DNA from: Elusimicrobiota bacterium
GTDB taxonomy: Bacteria; Elusimicrobiota; Elusimicrobia; F11
Reading direction: 5' to 3'
DNA length: 64,000 nt
Assembly (NCBI GenBank): GCA_044221725.1
Contig: JBGAON010000001.1
Location: forward strand, 576,001 to 640,000
The position numbers and the translations under genes were made by a program. Below, piece after piece: positions 1 through 9,225 of this stretch; within the stretch, counting starts at the first letter, position 1; each line of letters begins with the position of its first letter. The notes below the pieces were generated by a model that ran no database searches, was not told where the DNA came from, and saw only the letters and a list, made by a program, of their open reading frames with translations.

Positions 1-1
1 T

Positions 2-748
2 TTCGAGACCCAGCGATGGGACCAACTTTTTTTCGTTAACCATATAAGGGGCATCAAGCAGGAGCGTGGTGGGAGCCTTTCCCGAAAAGAGCGAAATGGC
101 GGATCCGGCACGAAGCGTGCGCGGTAAGTTGTCGCCTTTGCTCGCGTATTTCAATTGCGATCCATAATTCAGGGCCGCCGCGCCCACGCGCACGCGTGAC
201 GACAATTTCATTTGCAATCCGAGATCAACGGCGGCCGCTTGGGCGGTGAATTGTTCAACGAGCGTGGAACGTAAATATTTTCCTGATATTCCCAATGACG
301 AGCGGCCTATGTTCCGTGAATAACCAAGTCCGAAAGAATAATCTTGCTGGGCGCTTACGGAGCGGGTGCCCGAATCGTCAGATAATTCAATCGAGCCACC
401 GTTATACGCGCCGAACATGAGGCCCCACGAAGATTTTCGAGACATGGGTCTGCCAATCATTAACTGGCCGCGGGATTCGTCGATGAGGCCTTGTTGATAG
501 AGAAACGACGCGCGACCGGAGCTCAACGTGCCGAGCGAAGCGGGATTGTAAACGAACGCAGAGATATCATCCGAACCGGCCGAATAAGCTTTGGCGAGCG
601 ATGTCGGTCGCGCACCTCCATCGCTGAGTAGTGACAATCCACCGGACGCGGTCCCGCCAAGCGCCACCGCGGAGAAAAACAGCGGATAAGCCGCCAAGAA
701 AATTCCGCAGAGGGCTATTTTTCGACGTTTATTTTTTAGTCGTCGCAT
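2..748 (-). CDS. PorV/PorQ-family outer-membrane beta-barrel protein, partial (runs off the left edge); paralog of 8010-9203
   Basis: Not in the ORF track. Manual translation from ATG 748 gives MRRLKNKRRKIALCGIFLAAYPLFFSAVALGGTASGGLSLLSDGGARPTSLAKAYSAGSDDISAFVYNPASLG..., nearly identical to 8010-9203, with GAR..SL..AY and YNPA.L motifs. Confidence 0.85.
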   Translation of the reverse strand, partial: MRRLKNKRRKIALCGIFLAAYPLFFSAVALGGTASGGLSLLSDGGARPTSLAKAYSAGSDDISAFVYNPASLGTLSSGRASFLYQQGLIDESRGQLMIGRPMSRKSSWGLMFGAYNGGSIELSDDSGTRSVSAQQDYSFGLGYSRNIGRSSLGISGKYLRSTLVEQFTAQAAAVDLGLQMKLSSRVRVGAAALNYGSQLKYASKGDNLPRTLRAGSAISLFSGKAPTTLLLDAPYMVNEKKLVPSLGLE

Positions 749-755
749 AGAAATC

Positions 756-3700
756 CTAATTTATGAGCGCCATTTTTCTCGTTTCGACGCCGTCGCCTTT
801 GTGGATATGAATCACATAAATCCCGCTCGATAGCTCGCTACGATTCACGGGTACCTGGTTCGATCCTCTTTGGCCGTCATGGTCCCTCTCGGATACCAAA
901 TCCCCGTTGCTGTCAAAGATCTTGATTTCCACACGCGTTGGTTGGTCAAGCTCGTAAGTAACGTAGGCCTGCGCGCCCGGAGGAAACAACGTCTTGCCTT
1001 TGCCGGGGGCACTTATATCTTTAGACCCACCTCCGCCGTCTGGTCCGACGAACACCTGCATCTCGTCTTCCGCTTGCAGTTGAGAATCGCTTGCGCGTAA
1101 ACGCAGGCGATATTTTCCTGAAAGCGGGAAGAACGCCGATGTTGTTAATGAATGGGGATCCGTGAACTGAATGGCCGTCGGACCATCAACAAAAATCCAT
1201 TTGAACGACAGTTGGTCGCTCGGCAATCCATCATCGGTGACTGTTCCGGCCAAGTCTGTATTCCCTGGTCGCGGCAATTTCTTATCCTGGCCTGCATCGA
1301 CGACGGGCGGAGTGTTTTCGGGACCAGCCGGGGGCTCAGGGACTGTGATCTGAACTTGATCCGATCCTTTCTTTAAAGAATCGTCCGCTTCCAATTCCAG
1401 CACGTAAACGCCAGGGCCCGAGAACTGCGCGAAGGTTTCCAATTTTTGATCATCGGTGAACGATACCGACCCAGGGCCGCTGATTTTTTTCCATTTGGTT
1501 GTTAACAGAGCTGGGTCCGGCCGGTTGTCGTCTCTGACGGTGCCCTTAATGTAAGCATAGGACTGCCACGGGGAAACAGTTTGATCCGGGCCAGCATCGA
1601 CGATGGGTGCTTGGTTTTCATCAACAACCACTTCCATGTCGTCGAATCCGCTTTGGTCGTCGTGACGCGCCGTTAGGCGAAGCACGTAGCGTCCCAACTC
1701 TGGGAATGTCGCTGTTGTGACGGCTTGACGCGGATCGCCAAACGCAACATCGCCAGGTCCACTTACTTTCGTCCATTCGTACGAGAGTTGTGGCGGGAAT
1801 TGACCGTCCACGGCCGATCCGTCCAACGTCACCGTACCATTCACCATGGTGTTCTTATCGGGACCCGCGTTCACACGCGGTGGCCAGAGAAACGTGATCG
1901 TGACTTCGCTCGAAGCGGATCGAGCCGAGTCGTCTCCGGTCAGTCGAAAACGATAAGTTCCTCCGGTGACGATCGTGACTTTTGCGTGAAGCTTATGAGG
2001 ATCATCAAACGTCACCGTCGCCGGGCCGCTGACGAGGGACCAGGTTACGCTGCAGGCCGCCGGAGGATTCGGATTGCCATCGTCCGTGACTGTGGCACTT
2101 TCCATTGTTGCTGTCCAAGGATAGTCGTTCCAATCAAAAACTATTGAACGATCGGGGCCCGCATAAACAACGGGTGCTTCGTTTGGCGGTTGCGGAACGC
2201 CATTGATGGTATAGAAGGCCTGATCTGTTACTTCCAATTCGCCGTCAGAGGCAACGGCTTCTAGAAGATAGGTATCGGGCGCTGAAAACACAGCGGTATC
2301 GGAATTAAGGAATTCGACGGTGCCTCCCCCTTGAATTTTTCTCCAAGTGAGCGTGACTCTCCCGGGAGGGGTGGGCAATCCATCATCAAAAAGCGTATAG
2401 GCAAGGCGGACTGGAACCCCGGCCGTTCCGGTCTGGTTCGGAATCGCCCTTAGTTGAGGGGCTTGATTGGCGCGAACGACGGTGATTTGTATGTCGTCGG
2501 AAGCGGTTGCGGCGCCATCGTTTCCTACAAGTCGTAACGTGAACACACCCTGATCCGGGAATGAAACGGTGGTATCAAGCGAGCGAGGATTGGCGATCCT
2601 TGGATACCCTGGTCCGCTAACATAAACCCACGTCGTCGTAAGCGTACCGGGATCGGTAGGCAAACCATCGTCGGTGGCAGTGCCGTGCAATGTTGCCACG
2701 CCAGGCAACTGCAGAGTTTGATCCTCCCCTGCATTCACAACGGGCGGTTCATTGACAGGTCCGGGATTGACGGTAATCGTAATGTCGTCGCTGACTGTCG
2801 CTGTTCTATTTCGTGCAGTTAATCTCAAAACATAAACGCCGGGAGCGTTAATTCTCGCCGTGTTGTCGAGCGGTCGGGGGTCGTAAAAGCGCACGTCTCC
2901 CGGTCCACTAACTTTCGACCATTCGTGCGTATCCGCCCATTCGGCGGTGCCGTGAAGATTCGCGGCCGCGGGCAACGCAATTGTTTGGTCCGGTCCCGCG
3001 TTCACCACGGGTGCTGGTGGCATAACCGAGACAATTAAATTTTTCGTTGTTCGTAGTTGGCCGTCGTCGGCGATCAATTGCACGGTGTAATCATCCGGCA
3101 TTGAGAACGTGGCGGAGGCTTGCCCATTGAATTGGTCCGTGAATTGCACGTCACCCCGACCGCTCAATTTCGTCCAAGAATGTGTCGTCATGCCCGGAAT
3201 TGCCGGTTTCCCGTCGTCGGTAATGGTGTAAGTGAAAGTCGCAGCGTCGCCAAAATTCACTGTTTGTAGCGCTGGCGAAGCGCTAACAACCGGAGCACGA
3301 TTCGCAGGTTCGTACAATTCAACAGTAAGCGAGGATCTCCCCGTAAGCAATCCGTCGGAGACTTCGAGCTCTATTCGATAGATACCGGGTTGATCGGCAT
3401 CTACCTGTGTCGAAAGCGCGTGCGCGTCACGGAACGTGAGATTGCCGAGGCCGCTTGATTTTCTCCATGTGATCGTTAACGGACCCGGAACTCCATCATC
3501 GGTAGCTGAGCCAACAAGGATGACCGTTGACGGGTAAGCGACACGTTGATTCGGGCCGGCGTTTGCCACCGGTGCTTGGTTTGGTGAAACGGTTGCCGTC
3601 ATTCTATCCGTTAGAAGTTGATTGCTTATCGGATCCAACCCACGAATTTCGAGCACGTAGGTCCCTGGGGCCGAAAAGCTGGCTGTCGTATCAATCGCCC

Positions 3701-4931
3701 GCGGATTTGACAACGTGACGGTGCCAGGACCGCTTATTTTTGACCACAGGATCGCAGTAAGGCGCGGCGTAGCTGTACCGTCCAACGAGATATTTTGTGG
3801 ATAGATAACCGACTGATCGGGGCCGGCGCTAATTGTTGCGGGTTCCACTACTTCAATTGTCACTTGGGAATTAGCGGTTCGCTCGGAATCGTCGGCCATT
3901 AAATCAAGCACATGGGTTCCCAAAGCTGAGAAAGAAGCGGTTGTGCGAAGTGCCGTGGGATTCGAAAACGTAACTTCACCAGGTCCGCTTTGTTTTGTCC
4001 ACGAAAAAGTCAAAGTGGCCGGTGGGTTCGGATTTCCGTCATCCGATGCGCTTCCGTTTAAGGATGCTAGCGTCCCAAGTATGATTGTTTGATTGGCGCC
4101 GGCGTTTACGGTTGGAGCGTCGTTCCTCGGAAGAATACGAATCGTCACGTCGGCCGAGGAGCTCAATTGCGAATCGTTCGCCGTGAATCGCATCACGTAA
4201 GTTCCCTCAGAAGAAAATTGAGCGTTGGTTTGTAACGCGTTTTCGTTAGAAAGCGATACAGATCCCGGACCTGAAACTTTTGTCCACTGAAACGTCATTT
4301 GTCCGGGGGGGGTGGGCTTTCCATCGTCGAAAGCCATTCCTATTAATGTTGTCGAGAGCGTAGGAAGATGCAACGTCGCCGGATTGGCACGTGCGCCGAC
4401 CGCGGGTGGTTGGTTGGGTTCTGGCCAATCGTCGACAATACATGGGGCTTCATGGGGACGATATCCGCGTTCAAGCATTTCTTCGTGCGCAAGCGTGGTG
4501 GGGGCGGCCGGAATGGTTTTCCAGACATAGCCCCCGATGATGATTCTCGGGTAGTCCGGAATACTGTTATCAACATAACAGTGGGGAATTTTGTAGTTGC
4601 GCGCGCTCGTGGTGAATTGGAAGGTGACGGGTGTTCGCGCTTGATCTAAGGTCGTTCCATTATATGTATGGGTTTGAGAGATATCCCGCACTTGAGCATA
4701 TACCTCGTATTGCGTGCATAGCAGGTAGGCCGCGGAATCATCCGGAGCGTCAGGAGAATCTGAAAACGGGCCGTATTGAATTTCCGAGCTGAACAGTCTT
4801 CCGCAATCGTAGGGCGAAGCGGTATTCTCCCATTCAGCTTGGACGGTCGAAGCGATCGAGAAAAATAAAGTTGCCAGAGCGATAGCCCCGGTTTTGCCAC
4901 CATTTGTAACGCCAAATTTTCCAAGCCCCAT
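756..4931 (-). CDS. Secreted surface protein with about 12 PKD-like (K319L-type) Ig repeats and a C-terminal FlgD-Ig/T9SS-sorting-like domain
   Basis: Signal peptide ending VQA; repeats of P.VNAG.DQ...G.ATDDG.P...W.K.SGPG.V.F; C-terminus ending LSSGIYVIHI...TRKMALIN. Confidence 0.85.
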   Translation of the reverse strand: MGLGKFGVTNGGKTGAIALATLFFSIASTVQAEWENTASPYDCGRLFSSEIQYGPFSDSPDAPDDSAAYLLCTQYEVYAQVRDISQTHTYNGTTLDQARTPVTFQFTTSARNYKIPHCYVDNSIPDYPRIIIGGYVWKTIPAAPTTLAHEEMLERGYRPHEAPCIVDDWPEPNQPPAVGARANPATLHLPTLSTTLIGMAFDDGKPTPPGQMTFQWTKVSGPGSVSLSNENALQTNAQFSSEGTYVMRFTANDSQLSSSADVTIRILPRNDAPTVNAGANQTIILGTLASLNGSASDDGNPNPPATLTFSWTKQSGPGEVTFSNPTALRTTASFSALGTHVLDLMADDSERTANSQVTIEVVEPATISAGPDQSVIYPQNISLDGTATPRLTAILWSKISGPGTVTLSNPRAIDTTASFSAPGTYVLEIRGLDPISNQLLTDRMTATVSPNQAPVANAGPNQRVAYPSTVILVGSATDDGVPGPLTITWRKSSGLGNLTFRDAHALSTQVDADQPGIYRIELEVSDGLLTGRSSLTVELYEPANRAPVVSASPALQTVNFGDAATFTYTITDDGKPAIPGMTTHSWTKLSGRGDVQFTDQFNGQASATFSMPDDYTVQLIADDGQLRTTKNLIVSVMPPAPVVNAGPDQTIALPAAANLHGTAEWADTHEWSKVSGPGDVRFYDPRPLDNTARINAPGVYVLRLTARNRTATVSDDITITVNPGPVNEPPVVNAGEDQTLQLPGVATLHGTATDDGLPTDPGTLTTTWVYVSGPGYPRIANPRSLDTTVSFPDQGVFTLRLVGNDGAATASDDIQITVVRANQAPQLRAIPNQTGTAGVPVRLAYTLFDDGLPTPPGRVTLTWRKIQGGGTVEFLNSDTAVFSAPDTYLLEAVASDGELEVTDQAFYTINGVPQPPNEAPVVYAGPDRSIVFDWNDYPWTATMESATVTDDGNPNPPAACSVTWSLVSGPATVTFDDPHKLHAKVTIVTGGTYRFRLTGDDSARSASSEVTITFLWPPRVNAGPDKNTMVNGTVTLDGSAVDGQFPPQLSYEWTKVSGPGDVAFGDPRQAVTTATFPELGRYVLRLTARHDDQSGFDDMEVVVDENQAPIVDAGPDQTVSPWQSYAYIKGTVRDDNRPDPALLTTKWKKISGPGSVSFTDDQKLETFAQFSGPGVYVLELEADDSLKKGSDQVQITVPEPPAGPENTPPVVDAGQDKKLPRPGNTDLAGTVTDDGLPSDQLSFKWIFVDGPTAIQFTDPHSLTTSAFFPLSGKYRLRLRASDSQLQAEDEMQVFVGPDGGGGSKDISAPGKGKTLFPPGAQAYVTYELDQPTRVEIKIFDSNGDLVSERDHDGQRGSNQVPVNRSELSSGIYVIHIHKGDGVETRKMALIN

Positions 4932-4951
4932 GTTCTCCTCCGTTTCGACGG

Positions 4952-5024
4952 TGTAAACGTCTTGTAACAGAGTAGCTTGGAGACGCGTAAGAACGCATTA
5001 AGGGCGGGTTAAAAATCGACGAAG
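4952..5024 (-). promoter_or_regulatory. Conserved bipartite upstream element, copy 1 (probable promoter plus activator box)
   Basis: 27/27 and 30/31 nt blocks shared with 13632-13704, separated by a 15-nt variable spacer. Confidence 0.7.
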
Positions 5025-5171
5025 ATTGTGACACAAATCCCTTGTAAAGAATGGTGTTTGGGTTCACATTGATCGGGTCGTTGTGTTGCGTGATATTTTC
5101 TTTCGCTATGAATAGATCTAGGAATACGAATGGGCTACTTTCGGCTTGTTTTTTCGAATCATTTTTCGCGT

Positions 5172-7736
5172 ATGAATGTTAAGAGAATACTTTCCTTATC
5201 ATTGGCCTGCCTCTTTTTTTCTTCTGCTGTGCGCGCAGACCTTTTGATTGAAACCGTCAACGCGCTTTTCGGCGATGGCGGCCTCGCAACGTACTCCAAA
5301 CTTAACAATCCTTATGGAATCGCGGCCGACAGCTTGGGTAACGTATTCATTGCGGAATATGCGGGCCATCGAATCCGAAAAATTAGGGCCGATGGGGTAA
5401 TTACAACCATCGCGGGAACCGGTTCCCCCGGCTTCTCAGGAGATGGTGGGCCCGCTTTGTCGGCCCAATTCAACCGGCCTCGCTCCATTGCGGTTGATCC
5501 CAATGGGAATGTGTATGTCGCCGATACCGTTAATTACCGGATCCGAAAAATAACCCCCGCTGGAATCATCACCACATTCGCAGGAAACGGCAGTGCCACC
5601 TATTCCGGAGATGGAGGGCCGGCAACGTCGGCAGGTTTCCCCAGTGTCTTTGCGATGGCGGCCGATACTTCCGAAAACATATATGTCGCCGATGATGACC
5701 GTGTCCGTAAAATAAATGCAGCCGGCATCGTTACCACGATTGCCGGAGGAGGTTCCATTTCCGCGCTTGATGCTCCGGCGCTATCCTGCGCCATTTCCCC
5801 TAGAGGATTGGTTTACAGAGACGGCCATCTTTATCTTTCTTCCACGTACAGCGCCCTCATCGGAGATTTAAATCTTTCCAATGGTTTTCTCGCACGCCAC
5901 GCCGGCCGCTACGGAGCAGAAGGCTTCGGCGGTGACGGAGGGCCTGCGCTGAATGCTCAATTCTATTTTCCCTATACGCTCTGCTTCAGCCCCGCTGGAG
6001 AATTGTTCATCAGCGACTATGGAAATCTTCGCGTCAGAAAAATTTCTACCGCTGGGATCATTACCACTGTTGCCGGCAACGGTTTGAGAGGACTGCCCAC
6101 CGAAGGAACTCCCGCCGCATCCGGCCGCATTGGATATCCCGAACATATCGCTTTCGGAGGCCCTCTCAATGAAGTGCTTATCATGGATATCGACAACGAC
6201 AAGGGTCATCGTGTGGATGCCAGTGGCCTTATCTGGACATTTTGTGGCAAAGGCGCTGATCCATGGAGCTTGGCCAGCAACGGCCCAGGACTTATAACGA
6301 TTACCAGCCGTAATCAACATACGCTCTGGCGACTTGGCATTGATACAGGGGTTAGATCGGTGGCAGGAGATCAAACAGCCGGGTTTTCCGGTGATGGAGG
6401 GCCAGCGGCTGGAGCAAGACTCAATATTCCCGATGTGGTCACGGTTGATGTCAACGGAAACACATTTTTTTCCGATCAAAACGCCTCACGCGTCCGCAAA
6501 GTGGACTCGGACGGTATCATCACCACTGTCGCGGGAAATGGGACAGCCGGTTATTCCGGTGACGGAGGCCCGGCCACAGCGGCCAGCATTACTGTTGCGG
6601 GACTTGCGACGGACACAGTCGGAAATCTTTATATTTCCGGAGTAGGTTACATCCGACGGGTTAACACGCTTGGAATTATTGAAACCATCGCCGGTGGCGG
6701 AACGGATTATGATTTCGACGCACCGGCTACAAGTTGCGGACTTCTGGAAGTCGATGGTTTGGCCTGTTTTAATCGTGTTTTATACGTCTGTTCAGCACGA
6801 ACCATTGTTGGAGCACTAAATCTTGACACCGGCTATATGGCGCGATACGCGGGCATGTTTGCCCAACAAGGCTACAGTGGCGATGGCGGGCCAGCGACGT
6901 CGGCCAAACTAAATTCTCCCACAGATTTGGCAGTGGACCTTAGCGGGAACCTCTATATTGCCGATTACACCAACTTTGCAATAAGAAAGGTGACACCCGC
7001 CGGAATTATTTCAACGATCGCCGGTGATGGAATAAACGGATATACCGGTGATGGCGGACCCGCGCATGCGGCTCGACTTTCCTTTATCGGTGGGTTAACG
7101 GTTGATCCTGTGGGCAATATTTTCTTGTCGGATCGCCAAAATCATCTTGTGCGCCGTATTTATCACTCCGAAGGCGGAGACGTTACGCCGCCCTCCATAT
7201 CTGGAGTGGCCGCTGGCAGTGTCACACGCACCGCCGCAACGATCACATGGACCACTGATGAGCCGTCCGATTCGCAAGTGGAATATGGCTTAACCACCGC
7301 TTACGGCACGTCGACTCCTATTAATGGCTCCCTGGTCACAAGCCATTCGATGTCTTTGAGCGGACTTTCCGCCGGTACGCTGTATCATTACCGTGTGAAA
7401 TCTCGCGACGCCGCTGGCAACTTGGCTGTTTCCGGTGATTTTACTTTCACAACAGTTTCACCCGACGTAACTCCACCGGTTATCTCTGGCGTTGGATCAC
7501 GAGACGCCACCGCACGCAGCGCGCGCATTTTCTGGACCACCAACGAACCCGCCACCACTCAAGTTCGTTATGGGCTCACCACCGCTTATGGCGCTACATC
7601 TCCTTTTGAAGCTGCCCTTGTCACCACTCACAACGTTGATTTGGTGGGGCTTACCCCGAACACGCTTTATCATTACCAAGTCGTTTCACAAGATGCCGAC
7701 TCGAATGTTGCCGCTGCACACGCACATGTTTTGTGA
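5172..7736 (+). CDS. Secreted NHL-repeat beta-propeller protein with two C-terminal Fn3-like domains; may be truncated at the C-terminus
   Basis: Signal peptide MNVKRILSLSLACLFFSSAVRA; many G.ITT.AG.G..G.SGDGGPA repeats; TWTTDEPSDSQVEYG and YHYRVKSRDAAGN Fn3-like motifs. The ORF track starts at 5130. Confidence 0.85.
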   Translation: MNVKRILSLSLACLFFSSAVRADLLIETVNALFGDGGLATYSKLNNPYGIAADSLGNVFIAEYAGHRIRKIRADGVITTIAGTGSPGFSGDGGPALSAQFNRPRSIAVDPNGNVYVADTVNYRIRKITPAGIITTFAGNGSATYSGDGGPATSAGFPSVFAMAADTSENIYVADDDRVRKINAAGIVTTIAGGGSISALDAPALSCAISPRGLVYRDGHLYLSSTYSALIGDLNLSNGFLARHAGRYGAEGFGGDGGPALNAQFYFPYTLCFSPAGELFISDYGNLRVRKISTAGIITTVAGNGLRGLPTEGTPAASGRIGYPEHIAFGGPLNEVLIMDIDNDKGHRVDASGLIWTFCGKGADPWSLASNGPGLITITSRNQHTLWRLGIDTGVRSVAGDQTAGFSGDGGPAAGARLNIPDVVTVDVNGNTFFSDQNASRVRKVDSDGIITTVAGNGTAGYSGDGGPATAASITVAGLATDTVGNLYISGVGYIRRVNTLGIIETIAGGGTDYDFDAPATSCGLLEVDGLACFNRVLYVCSARTIVGALNLDTGYMARYAGMFAQQGYSGDGGPATSAKLNSPTDLAVDLSGNLYIADYTNFAIRKVTPAGIISTIAGDGINGYTGDGGPAHAARLSFIGGLTVDPVGNIFLSDRQNHLVRRIYHSEGGDVTPPSISGVAAGSVTRTAATITWTTDEPSDSQVEYGLTTAYGTSTPINGSLVTSHSMSLSGLSAGTLYHYRVKSRDAAGNLAVSGDFTFTTVSPDVTPPVISGVGSRDATARSARIFWTTNEPATTQVRYGLTTAYGATSPFEAALVTTHNVDLVGLTPNTLYHYQVVSQDADSNVAAAHAHVL

Positions 7737-7870
7737 TGGTGGGGCCGCACGCCGTTGAGAAAAGGACAATCAAAAGAGCAGCGCGTCTTATGTTCATGCG
7801 CTTATTTGATAAATTCCCGCCGACGTTAGCTATGCAGATAGGTGCCGCGCTGCGGCACTCTTTGGAAATC

Positions 7871-7953
7871 GGGCATGTGGCGGAATGGCAGACGCAACGG
7901 ACTTAAAATCCGTTTCTCTTCGGAGAGTGTGGGTTCGACTCCCTCCATGCCCA
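7871..7953 (+). tRNA. tRNA-Leu (TAA)
   Basis: GGGCATG/CATGCCC acceptor stem, ACGGA-CTTAAAA-TCCGT anticodon arm, long variable arm, GGTTCGACT T-loop; CCA not encoded. Confidence 0.95.
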
Positions 7954-7985
7954 AAAAAAATCGGAAAGTTTTTCAAGAGGAGGGG

Positions 7986-8003
7986 CGACTCCCTCCATGC
8001 CCA
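7986..8003 (+). repeat. 18-bp direct repeat of the tRNA-Leu 3' end (att-like)
   Basis: CGACTCCCTCCATGCCCA occurs at 7936-7953 and at 7986-8003. Confidence 0.85.
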
Positions 8004-8009
8004 GTATCT

Positions 8010-9203
8010 TTAGTTTGGAATGATAATTTTCATCCCTTTCTTTAAATCGGTGGGGTCTTCCATTAAATGTTTGTTCGCTGCGTAGATCGCGTGCCAGCGG
8101 CTTTTGTCGCCGAGTTCGTTTTGCGCAATGGAACCGAGATTGTCGCCTTCCTTTACCACGTAAACCCGCGTTTCGTTCGTGCGCATCGGCATTGTGATCG
8201 TTGTGTTCTTCGCCAAAGGTACGCTGGGCTCCGGAGTTTTTGACGCGAGGGGGGAATTCGGCTTTGCGTGCGCGAAATTATCGGTTTTAAGGGCGGATCC
8301 AAACTTCATGCCAACGCTCACCGTGTGTCGTCCGCTCAGTTCGTTCAGCATCCCGAACGAATAGTCGAGCGAAAACCGATCCAACGCGAAACCGGCTCCG
8401 AAAGTAATTTCTTTCGTGTTGCTTCCCGCGCGGTATCCTCCCCGCAGTGCCAACGGTCCAATGAAAGTTTCCAATCCCAACGACGGAATGAGTTGTTTCT
8501 CGTTCACCATGTACGGCGCGTCGAGCAGGAGTGTCGTCGGGGCTTTGCCCGAGAAGAGCGAAATTGCTGTTCCGGCGCGGAGCATGCGGGGGAGATTATC
8601 TCCGGTGGTGGCGTATTTGAGTTGCGATCCGTAATTGAGAGCGGCCGCGCCCACGCGAACGCGCGATGACAATTTCATTTGCAATCCGAGATCCACGGCG
8701 GCTGCTTGCGCCGAATATTGTTCGACGAGCGTCGAGCGCAAATATTTTCCGGCGATTCCAAACGACAGCGGGCCCATATTGCGGGAATATCCGAGGCCGA
8801 GCGTGTAATCTTGTTGCGCTTTCACGGAGTGTGTGGCTCCTGAATCTTCGGTTAAATCAAGGTTGCCGCCGCTGTACGCGCCGAACATAAATCCCAGCGA
8901 GGATTTTTTCGACATTGGTTTGCCAACCATCAGTTGGCCTCGCGATTCGTCGATGAGGCCTTGTTGGTAGAGGAACGACGCGCGGCCGGAGCTTAATGTG
9001 CCGAGCGAAGCCGGATTGTAAACAAACGCCGAAATGTCATCGGAGCCAGCCGAGTAGGCTTTGGCCAGCGAGGTGGGGCGTGCGCCGCCGTCGCTCAACA
9101 GCGACAATCCGCCGGACGCCGTTGCCCCAAGCGCGACGGCGGATAAAAGCAGCGGATAAGCCGCTAAGCCGACTTTGACCAACATTTTTTTTCGACGTTT
9201 CAT
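8010..9203 (-). CDS. PorV/PorQ-family outer-membrane beta-barrel protein with a C-terminal LysM domain
   Basis: GARPTSLAKAY, YNPASL, A.DLG, LRGGY and DYSF barrel motifs; LysM motif YVVKEGDNLGSIAQNELGDKSRWHAIYAAN. Confidence 0.85.
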   Translation of the reverse strand: MKRRKKMLVKVGLAAYPLLLSAVALGATASGGLSLLSDGGARPTSLAKAYSAGSDDISAFVYNPASLGTLSSGRASFLYQQGLIDESRGQLMVGKPMSKKSSLGFMFGAYSGGNLDLTEDSGATHSVKAQQDYTLGLGYSRNMGPLSFGIAGKYLRSTLVEQYSAQAAAVDLGLQMKLSSRVRVGAAALNYGSQLKYATTGDNLPRMLRAGTAISLFSGKAPTTLLLDAPYMVNEKQLIPSLGLETFIGPLALRGGYRAGSNTKEITFGAGFALDRFSLDYSFGMLNELSGRHTVSVGMKFGSALKTDNFAHAKPNSPLASKTPEPSVPLAKNTTITMPMRTNETRVYVVKEGDNLGSIAQNELGDKSRWHAIYAANKHLMEDPTDLKKGMKIIIPN

Positions 9204-9225
9204 TTTTTAAGGTGCGACGTGTGAC

